A DNA stretch of 52,243 nt from a virus. Its lineage: Duplodnaviria; Heunggongvirae; Uroviricota; Caudoviricetes. The stretch lies in IMG/VR virus record IMGVR_UViG_2563366937_000007. One strand, given 5' to 3'. A program made the translations under genes and the position numbers. This document shows, one piece after another, positions 7,837 through 19,925 of the stretch. Every line of letters starts with the position of its first letter. The stretch's first letter is position 1. The notes below the pieces were generated by a model. That model was given only the letters and a program-made list of their open reading frames with translations. It had not been told where the DNA came from and searched no databases.

Positions 7837-10235
7837 TTAATACTCTCCCCCATTTGCGCATCAGTTAATTCTTTATGCCAGAGACGAAGATTTCTCAAAT
7901 GGCCGAATAGATGACGAGTTCCCGATGTGGCTTGACCTCCAATTCGAATAAAGGTCCGTGTTTTTACGCCCGTCCACTCCGTTTTCATAGTTTTAGTAGC
8001 CTCACCGTTAGAAACTACTCGTTTAGTACCATCAGAATAAATATTAAAACCACCAATAAATTTTCGAACATCAGTTCGACCAGCAAACACACTAGAAACG
8101 TAAGTACTTGTCGACGCTTTATAAGTTTGCATATAAAGCTGACCGTAATATTTCTCAGTTGTGTTAAAAGCGTATGTAATTGACTCAACAGGTGGCACAC
8201 CAGAAAAATCAAAAATACGCGGTGCTACATTAGGAGGAATATCGCCCCAATTTCTATTAACCTCGACCAGACACGTAAGCGGTCTATTATAGATATTATT
8301 TTCAGTTGGGATCGTCACCATATCACTAGAGCGGGTTGCGGGTGCAGTTGTCGTAATAATAAAAGATGAAGCACATCCGCCGTTTTCAAATTGTGGTGTT
8401 GCGAGGTAAATATAATCTCCCGCTTCAGTTACACCACCTTTTTTCGGCGCATACTGAATCATTGCGCCAATTAAGGTTTCACCTTCAACAGCTTCTATAG
8501 TTGCCTCATAGAAAATCCACCCTGTAACCGGATCTTTACTTGCAGTAGCTGCTATTCTATTGGCTGCTCCGCCAGTTTTTTCTATTATCAGAGTTCCGAA
8601 AGTTAAATAAGCATCTCCTAAAAATGTATAAACCGACCCATCGTATTTTTCAAAACGCAAACGACAACGAAGACCATCAGGAGCTTTAACCCTGCATGAA
8701 ACAGTGCAATACTTATTATCGCCACTAACATCAATCCCCCGGGATGCACTGCATGTATGCAGACTAAGTGCAGATGATTGTCCTGTCATATTATCTTTTG
8801 TTCGCATTTTGGCATATGAAAAACCAAATTCATCAACACCATTATTAGTTTTATCGATATTGCTGGTACTCGTCCATTCAGCGGGAGTATTGGATTTAAC
8901 AAAATAGTTAGTGCGCTGTCCTTCAATCAATAAACCTTCTTTTTCAAATCGTGGCTCATCAATTTTAGCAACACTAAATACGCCTGATTTATTGATATAT
9001 GTGGCAGTTGATGCGCGTTTAAACTTAACAACCTTGTCGCTAGGCATCGTTATTTCATCATCACCAATAACAATCTTTTTATATGATGGCGAAAAGCCCG
9101 TAATCATATCCAGCGAATCGTTAAACGGTATCCACACATCAGGCAGCGGCTGCAATACTTGTTTATACGGCTCCGCAGCCTGGCTTGCATACTCTCTGGC
9201 TGCGTCTTCACTTGCTTTTGCAGCCGTCTGGCTTGCAGCGGATGCTTTCGCTGAGTTCGCAGCCGCTGTTTCGCTTGCCTTTGCGTTGGTTTCACTGGTT
9301 TTTGCAGCTTTTTGACTGTTGGCAGATGCAGTGGCAGAAGCAGCCGCCGCACTTGCAGAACCAGCTGCGGCACTTTCGCTTTCGGCTGCTGCGTTCAGGC
9401 TGTTTTTCGCCGCAGTTTCACTGGCTTTGGCATTCGTTTCGCTGGTCTTTGCTGCCGTCTGGCTGGACTTTGCGTTAGTTTCGCTCGTCTTCGCAGCTTT
9501 CTGGCTGTTAGCCGCAGCAGTTGCTGATCCAGCTGCTGAAGTCGCAGAACCGGCTGCCGCGCTCTCGCTTTCGGCTGCTGCGTTCTGGCTGTTTTTCGCC
9601 GCAGTTTCACTGGCTTTGGCATTCGTTTCGCTGGTTTTCGCTGCCGTCTGGCTGGACTTTGCGTTGGTTTCGCTCGTCTTTGCGGCTGTCTCGCTGTTTT
9701 TCGCGTTGGTTTCTGATTTTTTGGCTGCTGTCGCGGAGTTTGCCGATGCAGTCTGTGAGGCCGCTGCCGCCTGTGCGCTGTTAGCTGCATTCGTTTCTGA
9801 GGTTTTCGCCGCGTTCTTCGATGATGCCGCTGCAGTTTCGGATTTCTTTGCCGCCGCTGCGCTCTGAGAGGCGGCTTCGGCGTTGCGTGCCGCTTCTTCC
9901 ACCATTTCCTCAAAACGACGCAGTGCCTCCGGCATGACATCATCTTCCGTCATGGCACCGAGAAAATCATTCAGCGTACCTGGTCTGGAACCTTCATAGA
10001 CGGTAATGGTCCCGGCATGTGAAGGCGGAAAACCTTCAACCAGCAGGGTGACGCTGTACTGGCCATACTCAACATCCATGCTGTAACGTCCGGCTTCATC
10101 CGGATTTTCAGAAGCCACCGTGTTCACCAGTACCGTGGTGCTGTTACGCTTTGCCTTCAGTTGAATAGTGCAGTTCTGTATTGGTTTTCCCGCACCATCT
10201 TTCAGCACACCTGAAATCTGTACTGCCATACTCAC
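7833..10235 (-). CDS. side tail fibre protein, module 1 (repeat-containing rod, distinct C-terminal domain)
   Basis: 800 aa; Stf-like N-terminus; long Ala/Ser/Thr-rich tandem repeats (AAKTSETNAKSSQT units); about 450-aa C-terminal globular region. Confidence 0.75.
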   Translation of the reverse strand: MSMAVQISGVLKDGAGKPIQNCTIQLKAKRNSTTVLVNTVASENPDEAGRYSMDVEYGQYSVTLLVEGFPPSHAGTITVYEGSRPGTLNDFLGAMTEDDVMPEALRRFEEMVEEAARNAEAASQSAAAAKKSETAAASSKNAAKTSETNAANSAQAAAASQTASANSATAAKKSETNAKNSETAAKTSETNAKSSQTAAKTSETNAKASETAAKNSQNAAAESESAAAGSATSAAGSATAAANSQKAAKTSETNAKSSQTAAKTSETNAKASETAAKNSLNAAAESESAAAGSASAAAASATASANSQKAAKTSETNAKASETAAANSAKASAASQTAAKASEDAAREYASQAAEPYKQVLQPLPDVWIPFNDSLDMITGFSPSYKKIVIGDDEITMPSDKVVKFKRASTATYINKSGVFSVAKIDEPRFEKEGLLIEGQRTNYFVKSNTPAEWTSTSNIDKTNNGVDEFGFSYAKMRTKDNMTGQSSALSLHTCSASRGIDVSGDNKYCTVSCRVKAPDGLRCRLRFEKYDGSVYTFLGDAYLTFGTLIIEKTGGAANRIAATASKDPVTGWIFYEATIEAVEGETLIGAMIQYAPKKGGVTEAGDYIYLATPQFENGGCASSFIITTTAPATRSSDMVTIPTENNIYNRPLTCLVEVNRNWGDIPPNVAPRIFDFSGVPPVESITYAFNTTEKYYGQLYMQTYKASTSTYVSSVFAGRTDVRKFIGGFNIYSDGTKRVVSNGEATKTMKTEWTGVKTRTFIRIGGQATSGTRHLFGHLRNLRLWHKELTDAQMGESIK
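9150..9900. repeat. in-frame coding tandem repeats (42-bp units and a roughly 210-bp duplication) inside the 800-aa fibre gene
   Basis: Protein segment NSQKAAKTSETNAKSSQTAAKTSETNAKASETAAKNS...AAESESAAAGSA occurs twice. Confidence 0.6.
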
Positions 10236-10289
10236 TCCACAAATAAAAAAGGCGCCATTTCTGGCGCCCGTATTGGGGTTATAAATATT

Positions 10290-13200
10290 TCAACGGATAC
10301 TGATACCGGAAGCAGCTTTTTTGGTCACAATCACCGTACAGTCTGTGATGTTACCTGCGCCCTGATTGCCTTTCTGGAAAATCTTAAACTCCAGAGTGAC
10401 GCTACCACCACCACTCGGCATATCAATAACCGCACTGTAACTACCGGGAATGGCCCCTTTAGTTTCTCTGGATGCGATTAATACGCCGTTTTTGCGAACT
10501 TCAAAACCATAACCCGTGTATCGCGTACCTCCCGGGTTATTACCGCTCCCCGGATCGTCATACGCCATACCGTTAAAAATAATGGGCGGAATAATGATTT
10601 GGCGGTCAAAGTTATGATCATCGTAAATGGTGACTGTAACCGTCCCGCCTGGTGTTTCCGTGTTACCCCACGTACCAGCCTTTTTCGGAAATGATTTGGA
10701 TACAGTTTTAACGAAGTCACCTCTGACCTGGTTCGCCTCCAGCATGCCCTTAATCGTACAGTTTTCATTTACCGTGACGTTGTTGAGCGTCCCGGAGTTC
10801 GCATTCACGTTACCGCTGATATCGGCATTTTTCGCCGTCAACCGCCCGTCCGATGTCAGGGAAAATACCGGCGGATTGCCGCCGCTGGTAATGGTTGGCG
10901 CCGTCAGATACTTCAGGAACACTTCGTTCATGAATATCTGGTTGCCCTGCGCCACAAACATCGGCGTTTCATTCCCGTTTGCCGGGTCAATAAACGCGAT
11001 ACGGTTAGCGGCAACCAGGAACTGGCTCAGTTTGCCTTCCTCCGTATCCTCCATGCTGAGGCCAAGCCCCGCGACATAATGCCTGCCGTCTTCGGTCTGC
11101 TCAATTTTGACGCCCCACATGGCATTCCATTTATCGTTGGCGTCCTTCCACTCTTTCGAAAACTCCTCCAGTTTGCTGGCGTTATCCTCCGTCAGCTCGA
11201 CTTTTTCCAGCAGCTCCTTGCCGAGATGGGATTCGGTTATCTGGCCTTTGAAAAAATCCAGGTAACCTTCCGCATCATCGCTCGCCCGACCGACAGCCTC
11301 CACGAATGCCGATTTGCCAACAGTGTTCACACTGCGAACGTAAAAATAATAATCATGGCCCGGCTTAATATTGATACTGGCGGCTATCCAGTACAGCGCC
11401 GTGCCAAGATAGCGGGCTGTGGTTTCAACCTGCCTGATATCGGTAATCCGCTTTTCCGAGAACCAGAACTCAAACTGTACCGTCGGATCATAAACCGCAA
11501 GATGCGGCGTGGCGGTTATCTGAAAATAGCCCGGCGTCAGCTCAATCCGCGACGGTGCTGCCGGTGCGGCAATCCGGAACGATACCGACGCCGGATCGCC
11601 CTGCTGTCCCCACGCATTTACCGCCCGGACTGTCAGCCTGTAGTTCCCCAGCGCCAGTTGCGTGAAGCGGTATGTGGTTTCCGTCGTCCGGGCCGTGCTG
11701 ACCAGCCGCTCACTGCCGTCATCCGCTGCCACGGTCAGGCGAAGCATAAAGCTCACCCCCTTCACCACCTTCGGCGTGTCCCAGCGCGCCAGCACCTGGT
11801 ATTCCCCGCTGTCTGCGGTGACTTCTGCGGTCAGGTGCTGCACTGCTGGCGGCGTGACACCATTCACCGTGCCGCTCTGGTCGCCGTCAAAGTGCGCCCC
11901 GTTATCCACGATGGCTTCTTTCTCCGGTACATGCTGCACGGCAGTGATGGCATACGTACCGTCATCGTTCTCACGGATACTCACACAGCGGAACAGGCGC
12001 TGGCGCAGCGTCGGCAGCTTCAGCCCCCACACGCTGTACTCGGCAACGCCGTCAGGAACCCGGCTCACTTTCACCTTCACGCCGTCGGTGACGGACTGGA
12101 CCTCCACGCTGACCGGATTCCCCTGTCCGTCAACCAGGCTTATCAGCGTGGTGCCGGAGGATGGCAGCGTGATTTCACGGTCGAGCGTCAGTGTCCGCGT
12201 CTGGCTGTTCACCGCCAGCACGCGCCCGCCGATGCTGATCCCCGCATAGTCATCATCACAGATTTCAATGACATCACCCGGTACATGGCGAAGCCCTTCG
12301 GCACCCACGCTGAAGTCCACGGTCTGCGTTTCCAGCAGTTCCGTTTTAATCAGCCACAGCCCGGCGCGGTGTGCCTGCCCCCGGCTGGTACAGCCAAAGG
12401 CATCCATCTTCGTGACGTTACGACCGTAACGGGCAATGGCCTGCGAGTCCTCCACAAGCTCTGTCGCCGTCTCCCAGCCGTTATCCGGGTCAATCCAGTT
12501 CACCTCAACGGCATTATGGCGGTCCTTCAGGGCGCTGAAGCTGTAGCGGAACGGCGCGCCATCATCCGGCATCACCACATTACTGCGGTTATAGGTCCAC
12601 ACCTTATCCGACGGTCGGTCCTGCACGAACGTCAGCGTCTGCCCGTTCCATACCGGCATACAGCGCATCGCCGAGCAGAAATCACTGAGAACATCCCACG
12701 CCTTGCGCTGTGTGGTCAGGTAAGCGTTACAGGTGATGCGCGGCTCCGTGCCACCAAAGCCATCCGGCACTGACTGATCGCAATACTGGCCGATGACATA
12801 CAACGCCCATTTATCCACATCCGCCGCACCAAGACGTTTCCCCATGCCGTAGCGCGGGTGGGTCAGCATATCCCACAGACACCAGGCCATATTGTCGCTG
12901 TATGCTGGCTTAAACGTTCCGTCCCAGATACCGCTGTATTGCCGCGTCTGCGGGTTATAGTTCGACGGCACCTGCAGAATGCGCCCGCGAAGATGATAAT
13001 TACGGCTCACCTGCTGGCTGCCGAACTGCTCCGAATCCACCTGCACGCCGACCAGTGCCGTGTTCGGGTAGCACTGTTTCACATCGATGATTTCGGTGTA
13101 TGACGACCAGAGCGTTTTGTTCTGCAGCTGGTCTGTGGTGCTGTCCGGCGTCATCCTGCGCATCCGGATATTGAACGGGCGCGGCGGCAGGTTATCCACC

Positions 13201-13703
13201 ACCACCGAGGCCAGATACTGCGAGGTGGTTTTGCCCTTAATGGTGATGTCTTTTTCCGTCACCCAGCCACCGTTACGCTGTATCTGAACCAGCAGGCGGA
13301 CTTCCGACGGATTCCGGTCCCCCTTTGAAGTGGTTTCCACCAGTGCCTGCACACCGAAGGTAAAGCGCAGACGGTCGATATTTGCAGACGTGATAGTCCG
13401 GGTGATCGGCGTGTCGTATTTCACTTCCGTACCCAGTACCGTCTCGGAACCTGATGATTCAAATCCCCCCGGCGGTGTCTGTTCCTGCTCACCTGCCCGG
13501 AACACCACCGTGACACCGGAGATATTGGTATTTCCCTCACTGTCCAGCACTGGCGTGCTGTTCAGCAGCACGCTTTTTAATCCATCCACCGGACCTTCAA
13601 CCGGCCCTTCGCTGATGGCATCGATCACACTCAGCAACTGCGTTGATTTGAGATTATCCTTCGCTTCGCGCGGGGTATGCCCCTTACTGCTGCCTTTACC
13701 CAT
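10290..13703 (-). CDS. host specificity protein J (central tail fibre)
   Basis: 1137 aa, lambda gpJ size; position after the I/K/L/M genes. Confidence 0.9.
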   Translation of the reverse strand: MGKGSSKGHTPREAKDNLKSTQLLSVIDAISEGPVEGPVDGLKSVLLNSTPVLDSEGNTNISGVTVVFRAGEQEQTPPGGFESSGSETVLGTEVKYDTPITRTITSANIDRLRFTFGVQALVETTSKGDRNPSEVRLLVQIQRNGGWVTEKDITIKGKTTSQYLASVVVDNLPPRPFNIRMRRMTPDSTTDQLQNKTLWSSYTEIIDVKQCYPNTALVGVQVDSEQFGSQQVSRNYHLRGRILQVPSNYNPQTRQYSGIWDGTFKPAYSDNMAWCLWDMLTHPRYGMGKRLGAADVDKWALYVIGQYCDQSVPDGFGGTEPRITCNAYLTTQRKAWDVLSDFCSAMRCMPVWNGQTLTFVQDRPSDKVWTYNRSNVVMPDDGAPFRYSFSALKDRHNAVEVNWIDPDNGWETATELVEDSQAIARYGRNVTKMDAFGCTSRGQAHRAGLWLIKTELLETQTVDFSVGAEGLRHVPGDVIEICDDDYAGISIGGRVLAVNSQTRTLTLDREITLPSSGTTLISLVDGQGNPVSVEVQSVTDGVKVKVSRVPDGVAEYSVWGLKLPTLRQRLFRCVSIRENDDGTYAITAVQHVPEKEAIVDNGAHFDGDQSGTVNGVTPPAVQHLTAEVTADSGEYQVLARWDTPKVVKGVSFMLRLTVAADDGSERLVSTARTTETTYRFTQLALGNYRLTVRAVNAWGQQGDPASVSFRIAAPAAPSRIELTPGYFQITATPHLAVYDPTVQFEFWFSEKRITDIRQVETTARYLGTALYWIAASINIKPGHDYYFYVRSVNTVGKSAFVEAVGRASDDAEGYLDFFKGQITESHLGKELLEKVELTEDNASKLEEFSKEWKDANDKWNAMWGVKIEQTEDGRHYVAGLGLSMEDTEEGKLSQFLVAANRIAFIDPANGNETPMFVAQGNQIFMNEVFLKYLTAPTITSGGNPPVFSLTSDGRLTAKNADISGNVNANSGTLNNVTVNENCTIKGMLEANQVRGDFVKTVSKSFPKKAGTWGNTETPGGTVTVTIYDDHNFDRQIIIPPIIFNGMAYDDPGSGNNPGGTRYTGYGFEVRKNGVLIASRETKGAIPGSYSAVIDMPSGGGSVTLEFKIFQKGNQGAGNITDCTVIVTKKAASGISIR

Positions 13704-13763
13704 TTCTCAGACCCCATAAACGACAAAACCGCCCGGAGGCGGTTTCACATAAAACATTTTGCA

Positions 13764-14411
13764 TCAGCGACCAATCACCACAACCTGACCACCATCCCCT
13801 TCATCTGCCGTGCTGATCTCCTGAGATACCACACGTGACCCCACGCGCATTTCACCGTACAGAACGGGCAGAACATTACCCTGGGCAACCATGTTATCCA
13901 GAGAGGAGAAATAGGTGTTCTGCTTACCGTTATCCGTCGTCTGTGTGCGGGGAGTTCTGGGTTTAGGAGCCAGCATCTGGGCCACACCGCCAAGGATCAT
14001 ACTGGCCCCCGCACTATACATTCCTGTAATTGCTGTCGCTCCCAGCCAACCTGCGGGGTTCCACCACGCCACCGCAATCAGCGCAGCCCCCAGCACCGCC
14101 TGAAACACGCCGCCACTTTTGGCACCGGTCAGACGCGGTACGATGTGGATCACGGCACCATTTGCCAGCGGCTCATTAAGACGGGCTGATAATTCCGTTT
14201 CACCTGCATCGCGCCCGGCAATGCGTACCTGATACCAGCCGTCACTCAGTTTCTGGCGAAACGACGGAAGCTGTGTAGCCAGCGCCCGGATGGCTTCAGC
14301 CCCCGTTTTCACACGAAGGTCGATGCGGCGGCCAAATCGTTGTAAATCCCCGTAAAGGCAGATGCGTGCCATGCCCGGTGACGCCAGAGGGAGTGTGTGC
14401 GTCGCTGCCAT
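13764..14411 (-). CDS. tail assembly protein I
   Basis: 215 aa; N-terminus MAATHTLPLASPGMARICLYGDL... as in lambda gpI. Confidence 0.8.
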   Translation of the reverse strand: MAATHTLPLASPGMARICLYGDLQRFGRRIDLRVKTGAEAIRALATQLPSFRQKLSDGWYQVRIAGRDAGETELSARLNEPLANGAVIHIVPRLTGAKSGGVFQAVLGAALIAVAWWNPAGWLGATAITGMYSAGASMILGGVAQMLAPKPRTPRTQTTDNGKQNTYFSSLDNMVAQGNVLPVLYGEMRVGSRVVSQEISTADEGDGGQVVVIGR

Positions 14412-15052
14412 TTGTCGGTATACCTCTCTCGTTTGCTCAGTTGTTCAGGAATATGGTGCAGCAGTTCACCGTCACCACAGTAAATGGCGGCATGATTCGG
14501 CACCGATGAACCAAAACAGCACAGCAGCACATCGCCCGGCTGCGCCGCTGACAACGGCACCTGATACAGTCCTGTAGCCTCCAGATTATCCAGATAGAGA
14601 TTCTGACCGTGACGCCACCAGTCATCCTCACGATGAAAATCCGGCATCTCAATCCCCGCCAGATGGTAAGCATCCCGGAACAGCGTGTAACAGTCCGTCA
14701 CCCCGTGCTCAAAGCGCCGCCCGGTGAGATGTGGCACACAGCGGAATTTATGAATCGTCCCCCGGCAGACCAGCCACCACGGCAAATCACTCTGCACCTG
14801 CAGCCGCCTGTCGGCCTCACTCAGCCAGGGCAGACCACCGGGGTGGCTGTGGACCAGCGCCACAATCTCACCGTGCATCTCTGTCTGCAGCCAGTCCTCC
14901 GGAGCCATCCGGAAATAATCCTCCGGCTCACCGGAGACATTCACGCAGGGAAAATATCTTTCCCCCTCCGGCGTTCTCACCACGAAGCCGCACGACTCCG
15001 CTGGCGCACATCGCCGGGCGTGCGCCAGAATCGCTGATTCAGTCTCTGTCAT
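14309..15052 (-). CDS. tail assembly protein K (NlpC/P60 plus JAB/MPN-like)
   Basis: 247 aa; HSHP motif; overlaps gene I as in lambda. Confidence 0.8.
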   Translation of the reverse strand: MTETESAILAHARRCAPAESCGFVVRTPEGERYFPCVNVSGEPEDYFRMAPEDWLQTEMHGEIVALVHSHPGGLPWLSEADRRLQVQSDLPWWLVCRGTIHKFRCVPHLTGRRFEHGVTDCYTLFRDAYHLAGIEMPDFHREDDWWRHGQNLYLDNLEATGLYQVPLSAAQPGDVLLCCFGSSVPNHAAIYCGDGELLHHIPEQLSKRERYTDKWQRRTHSLWRHRAWHASAFTGIYNDLAAASTFV

Positions 15053-15057
15053 GGGAT

Positions 15058-15756
15058 TTACTGCGAAAGTTTGTTAATGGAAAGGAAGCCGCCAAAGTTG
15101 CCGACGTTATTGCGAAACTTACAGCCACTCAGGCATTTGCTGCATTTATCCTTCGTGATATCGGACGTCGGCTGGTCATATTCATCCGCGACAGCCGGAC
15201 CGTGATAACCGCATTCATCACCGCGATAAGTCCAGGTGCAGGTGTTGGCCAGCATGATGCGGCCCGGGAAAACGGCACCATCCGTTTCAGTCGGAGTAGA
15301 CAGCACAAAGGCCGCGCTAACCGCGTTCAGTTCGCTGCACTGCTCGATGCGCCAGCGGCTGATCACCTCCTGCTCCGGATCGGCTTCGCTGTTTCCGTTG
15401 ATGAAGTTCACCGCATCCAGAAAACGGGCGTAGACCTTACGCCGGACCACTGTTCCGCCGACCAGACTCTGTAAATCCTCCACCATCCCGGTGACCATGC
15501 CGTGCAGGTTAGATACTTTCAGTGTTGGCCTTGCACTGGCACCTTTGCCGTTCATCTCAAATCCACTCCCCTGAATGGGATAGGCCTGATACTGCCGACT
15601 CTGCCAGGTGACAGACTCACCTTTTTCATTCTGCTCATTGCAGAAAAAGTAGCGATCCCCGCCTACCTCTGTCAGGTCGATTTCCCAGAGCACCACGCTG
15701 GCCGACTGCTCCGCCCGAATGCATTCATTCAGTGTTTCCTGTTGTATGTCCTGCAT
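15058..15756 (-). CDS. minor tail protein L
   Basis: 232 aa; C-terminal Cys cluster; lambda gene order. Confidence 0.85.
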   Translation of the reverse strand: MQDIQQETLNECIRAEQSASVVLWEIDLTEVGGDRYFFCNEQNEKGESVTWQSRQYQAYPIQGSGFEMNGKGASARPTLKVSNLHGMVTGMVEDLQSLVGGTVVRRKVYARFLDAVNFINGNSEADPEQEVISRWRIEQCSELNAVSAAFVLSTPTETDGAVFPGRIMLANTCTWTYRGDECGYHGPAVADEYDQPTSDITKDKCSKCLSGCKFRNNVGNFGGFLSINKLSQ

Positions 15757-16094
15757 CAGATCACCACTTCGTCAAACTGACACGAAAAATCGGTATAGGT
15801 GATATGTTCTGTCGCTGACCACGTTCGACACACCACTCTGATTTTTCTGTTAATACCCGGCGGGCGCCAAAAAAAAGATTTATAGCCTTCATGCCGGGCT
15901 AAAAATTTTTCAAATGAATCACGTTCATTCGCCTCAACTTTGAAATCACAGGTGAAAACGCGCAGAGAATGATTAAGTCCATTTGGGCTTCGTTGCTCAT
16001 AACCATCGCCAAATCTTACAGTTTTTATCGATGGTTTATTTTCTGTTTTCATTCCATCCTCTGGTAACCAGTGAAATTCTTCCGTATTAGCCAC
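15756..16094 (-). CDS. minor tail protein M
   Basis: 112 aa; between H and L as in lambda. Confidence 0.8.
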   Translation of the reverse strand: MANTEEFHWLPEDGMKTENKPSIKTVRFGDGYEQRSPNGLNHSLRVFTCDFKVEANERDSFEKFLARHEGYKSFFWRPPGINRKIRVVCRTWSATEHITYTDFSCQFDEVVI

Positions 16095-19000
16095 TTAACA
16101 TTCCCCCATCACGTCGCATATTTAACAGAGTGCCCTGCACCCGCTGATCAACCATCCCCATAAGTGCTTTTATTGCCTGAGGGCCAATCTCTCCATTCTG
16201 GCCGTCATTTTGAATAGTGATTTGGTATACAGGGGCATAGGTAATATCTCCGCCTCCATTACCACTTTTACTATTAATAGCTCTGACACCAAGAGAACCA
16301 TCGGAAGTTCGTGTTAATGGCATAATGGCTTCCGGTCCAGCCTCACCAAAAACACCCGCCCCTTTTGCAAAAGCAAAAAATTGCGGGGAATCATAAATAC
16401 CGTTCGAATACGTGCTCAATGACGGAGACTCATAAACACCGCCCTTTGCATTCGGAATAAATTTACTAATAGCACTCCCGATAGTTCCTAAAATCCCCCC
16501 AGAAGAACTGTTACTAATGCTGTCGAAAATCCCAGTAATTGAAGCCTTTAATGCTATTCGACTAAGATCCGAAATCACGGAAGTAGCGAAAGAACGAAAA
16601 TTTGCCTTGCCTGTCGTGACAAAATCACCCAGCGCATCGGTCATCCCATCAAACATTTGAGTCGTGGTTGATTTTATCTGCTCACTGATATCCTTAGTGT
16701 CATCCAGCCAGTTATTGAATCCCTGGGAGGCACCACTAACCCAGTCTCCTGCCTGAATATCGACCTGCTCGTTTTTCTGTCTGACAATTTCTTTTTCTCG
16801 TTCCAGAGCATCATTCAGAGCCTGCATTTTCTCCTGAAAAACATGATCTGACATTCCACGGGATTTATCTGCATAGTCACGTTCAAGTTGCAGACGCTGG
16901 TTGTTATATTCACGTTCAATCCGCAGTAATTCCTGCTGACGTTGCTGATTTTTATCGCCAAGCCCATAACCAGCAATCTGAATATCATACCCCTGCTGAC
17001 GATTATCAATCGAAGCCTGCAATGAATCACGCCATGCGGCTATTTCGGCTGATTCCTTGATTAGCCTGTTATTTTTTTCAATCGCAACATTTTTCTCCAT
17101 CAACGCGGTTATTTCTTCCCGGTGTAAGAGAAGCGATTTCTGATCCTGGGTTAATTTCGATGACGGTCGTGACTCCAGGTCGGCAATCTGCTGACGCCAC
17201 TTAACCAGTTCCTGTTCAGAGGAACTTAATTTAACGGCCAATTCAGCTTGTGAACTTAGTAGCGCATTCTGTTGATTCAGATGATCAATCATTCGTTGGG
17301 CAGCATCATCCGAATAACCTTTCGCCTTTGGTAGCTTTGGATCTTTATAACGCTCATTTATTTGAGCGACAAGATTATTATATTCTTCCTTTGAATACTG
17401 ACTCTTTAGCTTTTCCAGTTTTGCAAGTTCACTGGCTCTCTGCTGCTCCCGGGTCTGATATTGTTTTGAAAAGGCATCTGCTTTCTGTCTGAGTTCAATT
17501 CCTTCCTGTTGTCGCTTGTTGTAATCGGTTATTGATGAATTTAGTACGTCCTGAGCAATTTTTTCTGCTTGAAGTACGCCCAATTGCTGCTTTAATCGTG
17601 CCAGCCTTTTATTTTGAGCGCCGCCATCCCCAATGCCACCTAACCCGAAAGCTCCGGGTCGGGTATTTTTTTCTATTTCATCAATTTGATGGAGAACATC
17701 TGAGATTTTTTGATCAAGGGAGGCATCACGACCAATATCCAGCATGGAATCCCATGCCCATTTTGCGGAGTCAGCGACAGCTTTCCATGCAGTCTCAAGA
17801 TAACCAAGATTTTCTTTAATCTGGTTGGTGCGCTGGATCATTGAGGATGAGTATGCTTCTGTCGCAATGCGGGCGGCCTCCTGCTGGTTCCCTTCATCCT
17901 GTAGCGCCTTAATCTGGTTATAAGTCGCCAGTGTCAGAAAATGGTACTGATCATTAAGTTTTGATATGGCACTGACAGGATCCTTTGCAATTTCATTGAA
18001 ATCATTAACCAGTTGATCGGTCGATATTCCAGTTAATTCGCTTGTTTTTACTATCGCTGTCGTCACCTGCTCCAGCGAACGGCTCGCTACCTTTCCCGAA
18101 CGCACAAGCTGGTTTAATACTGCCGCCGCAGCACCAGTTGTCGAATCAGCCGCATCCCCGGCACGTTGAGCTATATCCGCCAATTGCCCGCTGGTTGTCC
18201 CCAACTGATTTCCGGTAAGAATAAGAGATTTATTAAATTCGTCCTGCTCCTGAGAGCCTTTATAGTAAGCCAGCCCCAGGACGCCAACGGCTGCTGCGGC
18301 CAGGGTAAAAGGATTAATTAATCCCAGCACATAAGAACCAACACCTTTGATCGCCGGGCCAATCCCACCGAACATATCTTTTAGCTGGCCGCCCTGCTGC
18401 ATTAACACCATAAATGGCGACTGACCAGTGGACAACCCAACAACAATATCCGTCATTTGTGCAGGCAACATGCGCATAGCAAAAGCCGTTTGTTTTGCCG
18501 ACATTCCGGTTTTGCTTAGTTGCGATTGAGTAGCCTCAAGCTCACTCCGCATAGCACGAAGTTTTCCTGAAAGCTCCTCATACATTTCAGGAGAAAGCAT
18601 CCCCTTGGCTTTTGCTTCGCTGAGTTGCTTTTGCTGCTCTGTCAGGCGGTTAAAAGCTGTTCCGACAGGATCGAGTTGAGCAATCAGACGTTGCAAAGCA
18701 GCAACTTGTTCATCATGCGCTTTTACTGCTTCTCGTTCTGCCTGAGCCTCTCCTGTTAGCTCTCGCCGCGTTTCCTGTATTTTTCGACTGTAATTATCAA
18801 ACTGAGAGCCATTTATTTTCCCGGATGAAAGTGCAGCATTAAGTTCATCCTGCTGTTGATCAAGATTTCTTAGCGCCGCTGCCAGAGGGTCGATCTTGTC
18901 CAGCATTCTTTGAAAGGCTTGGGCCTGCGCTTCCTGCTGGGCGGCAGCAAGTTTTCCGGCCTTCTCGGCTTCTCTCTGCGCTTGCGCAACCCCGCTCAAT

Positions 19001-19320
19001 TCCTCTGTGGTTTCATTAAGTTTACGGGCAAGAAATTCATATTCTTCTTTATCAATAAGTCCTTTATCGAAATATTTCTTTAATTCAGAATAGCGTCGAC
19101 CGACAGTATCAATTGCGGCACCAACTGGATCAATAGCTGCTTTTAATTTTGCGAGCGCGTTCTTCTCATCTTCTGTTGCCTTAGTCACTTTCCCTGCGCT
19201 ATTTGCAGCAGTTTCCCCGGCCTGCGTCATTTTGACTAATGAGGAGGTCAGATTGTCAGCATTATTTTTCGCTCCAGTGCTATCAATAATTATTGCGAGA
19301 CGTGAAGTTTGCTCTGTCAT
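16087..19320 (-). CDS. tail tape measure protein (gpH-like)
   Basis: 1077 aa; long predicted helical/coiled-coil protein at the position expected for gpH. Confidence 0.85.
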   Translation of the reverse strand: MTEQTSRLAIIIDSTGAKNNADNLTSSLVKMTQAGETAANSAGKVTKATEDEKNALAKLKAAIDPVGAAIDTVGRRYSELKKYFDKGLIDKEEYEFLARKLNETTEELSGVAQAQREAEKAGKLAAAQQEAQAQAFQRMLDKIDPLAAALRNLDQQQDELNAALSSGKINGSQFDNYSRKIQETRRELTGEAQAEREAVKAHDEQVAALQRLIAQLDPVGTAFNRLTEQQKQLSEAKAKGMLSPEMYEELSGKLRAMRSELEATQSQLSKTGMSAKQTAFAMRMLPAQMTDIVVGLSTGQSPFMVLMQQGGQLKDMFGGIGPAIKGVGSYVLGLINPFTLAAAAVGVLGLAYYKGSQEQDEFNKSLILTGNQLGTTSGQLADIAQRAGDAADSTTGAAAAVLNQLVRSGKVASRSLEQVTTAIVKTSELTGISTDQLVNDFNEIAKDPVSAISKLNDQYHFLTLATYNQIKALQDEGNQQEAARIATEAYSSSMIQRTNQIKENLGYLETAWKAVADSAKWAWDSMLDIGRDASLDQKISDVLHQIDEIEKNTRPGAFGLGGIGDGGAQNKRLARLKQQLGVLQAEKIAQDVLNSSITDYNKRQQEGIELRQKADAFSKQYQTREQQRASELAKLEKLKSQYSKEEYNNLVAQINERYKDPKLPKAKGYSDDAAQRMIDHLNQQNALLSSQAELAVKLSSSEQELVKWRQQIADLESRPSSKLTQDQKSLLLHREEITALMEKNVAIEKNNRLIKESAEIAAWRDSLQASIDNRQQGYDIQIAGYGLGDKNQQRQQELLRIEREYNNQRLQLERDYADKSRGMSDHVFQEKMQALNDALEREKEIVRQKNEQVDIQAGDWVSGASQGFNNWLDDTKDISEQIKSTTTQMFDGMTDALGDFVTTGKANFRSFATSVISDLSRIALKASITGIFDSISNSSSGGILGTIGSAISKFIPNAKGGVYESPSLSTYSNGIYDSPQFFAFAKGAGVFGEAGPEAIMPLTRTSDGSLGVRAINSKSGNGGGDITYAPVYQITIQNDGQNGEIGPQAIKALMGMVDQRVQGTLLNMRRDGGMLSG

Positions 19321-19331
19321 TTAGTTACTCC

Positions 19332-19364
19332 GGCAAATAAAAAGCCCCGCTTGGTAAGCGGGGC
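19332..19364 (-). terminator. rho-independent terminator after the lom-like gene
   Basis: GCCCCGC-TTGGTAA-GCGGGGC hairpin followed by a T-run on the minus strand. Confidence 0.5.
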
Positions 19365-19388
19365 CAGACAACAGAGGGAAGGGAATTA

Positions 19389-19925
19389 TCAGAAGCGATA
19401 ACCAATACCTGTCATCCAGGTGCCAACTTTCACATCGCCCAATTTGGTGTACTCATAGGATGCGTCAACTACCCAATTGGGTACAGGATTAAACTGAATA
19501 CCAGCACCATATACAACCGAAGTCTTGCTTGAAGAGTCAGAGTATCCCAGAATCGTCGCTTCAGCACGTCCATGCGCTAAACCTATTAAGCCATATGCAC
19601 TGAGGTAATCATTGAAACGATAGGCTGGACCGGCAGCTAGTGAATAGTAATCCAGATCTCCATTTCCAATTTTAGAGCCTGCAAAATAATAATCGTATTT
19701 TTGATTTGTGTACGTAAATGAAGATGCAATGCCCCATTTATCATCCAGCTCATAGCGATACTTAATATTTACCCCTGCTGGATTCTCATCAAGGCTTTCT
19801 CCACCGGCTTTAACATGACTTTGTGCATAACCAGCAGAAATAGTATTCTGCATCAATTCAGCATTTGCAATGCCAGTTGCAAACAAGGCTGAAGCGATAA
19901 TGGTAGTCAACACTGCTTTTTTCAT
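19389..19925 (-). CDS. lom: Ail/Lom/OmpX-family outer-membrane beta-barrel protein
   Basis: 178 aa; signal peptide MKKAVLTTIIASALFATGIANA; alternating beta-strand pattern; ends in RF; AT-rich upstream region. Confidence 0.8.
   Translation of the reverse strand: MKKAVLTTIIASALFATGIANAELMQNTISAGYAQSHVKAGGESLDENPAGVNIKYRYELDDKWGIASSFTYTNQKYDYYFAGSKIGNGDLDYYSLAAGPAYRFNDYLSAYGLIGLAHGRAEATILGYSDSSSKTSVVYGAGIQFNPVPNWVVDASYEYTKLGDVKVGTWMTGIGYRF

Noticed and set aside
9150-9900. Possible CRISPR array
   Set aside because: The repeats are 42-bp in-frame coding units without unique spacers and sit inside a tail-fibre gene; there are no cas genes in the window.
9104-9943. Six overlapping ORFs on both strands in the fibre repeat region
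   Set aside because: Artefacts of the low-complexity tandem repeats inside the 800-aa fibre gene; their proteins are Ala/Arg/Leu homopolymer-like.
11079-12773. 564-aa plus-strand ORF (also 10627..11079, 11662..12249)
   Set aside because: Lies wholly antisense to the J gene and has a Pro/Arg/His-rich composition typical of a GC-rich antisense frame.
14731-15474. 247-aa plus-strand ORF (and 14362..14577, 14609..15037)
   Set aside because: Antisense to tail genes K and L with an Arg/Pro/Ala-rich composition.
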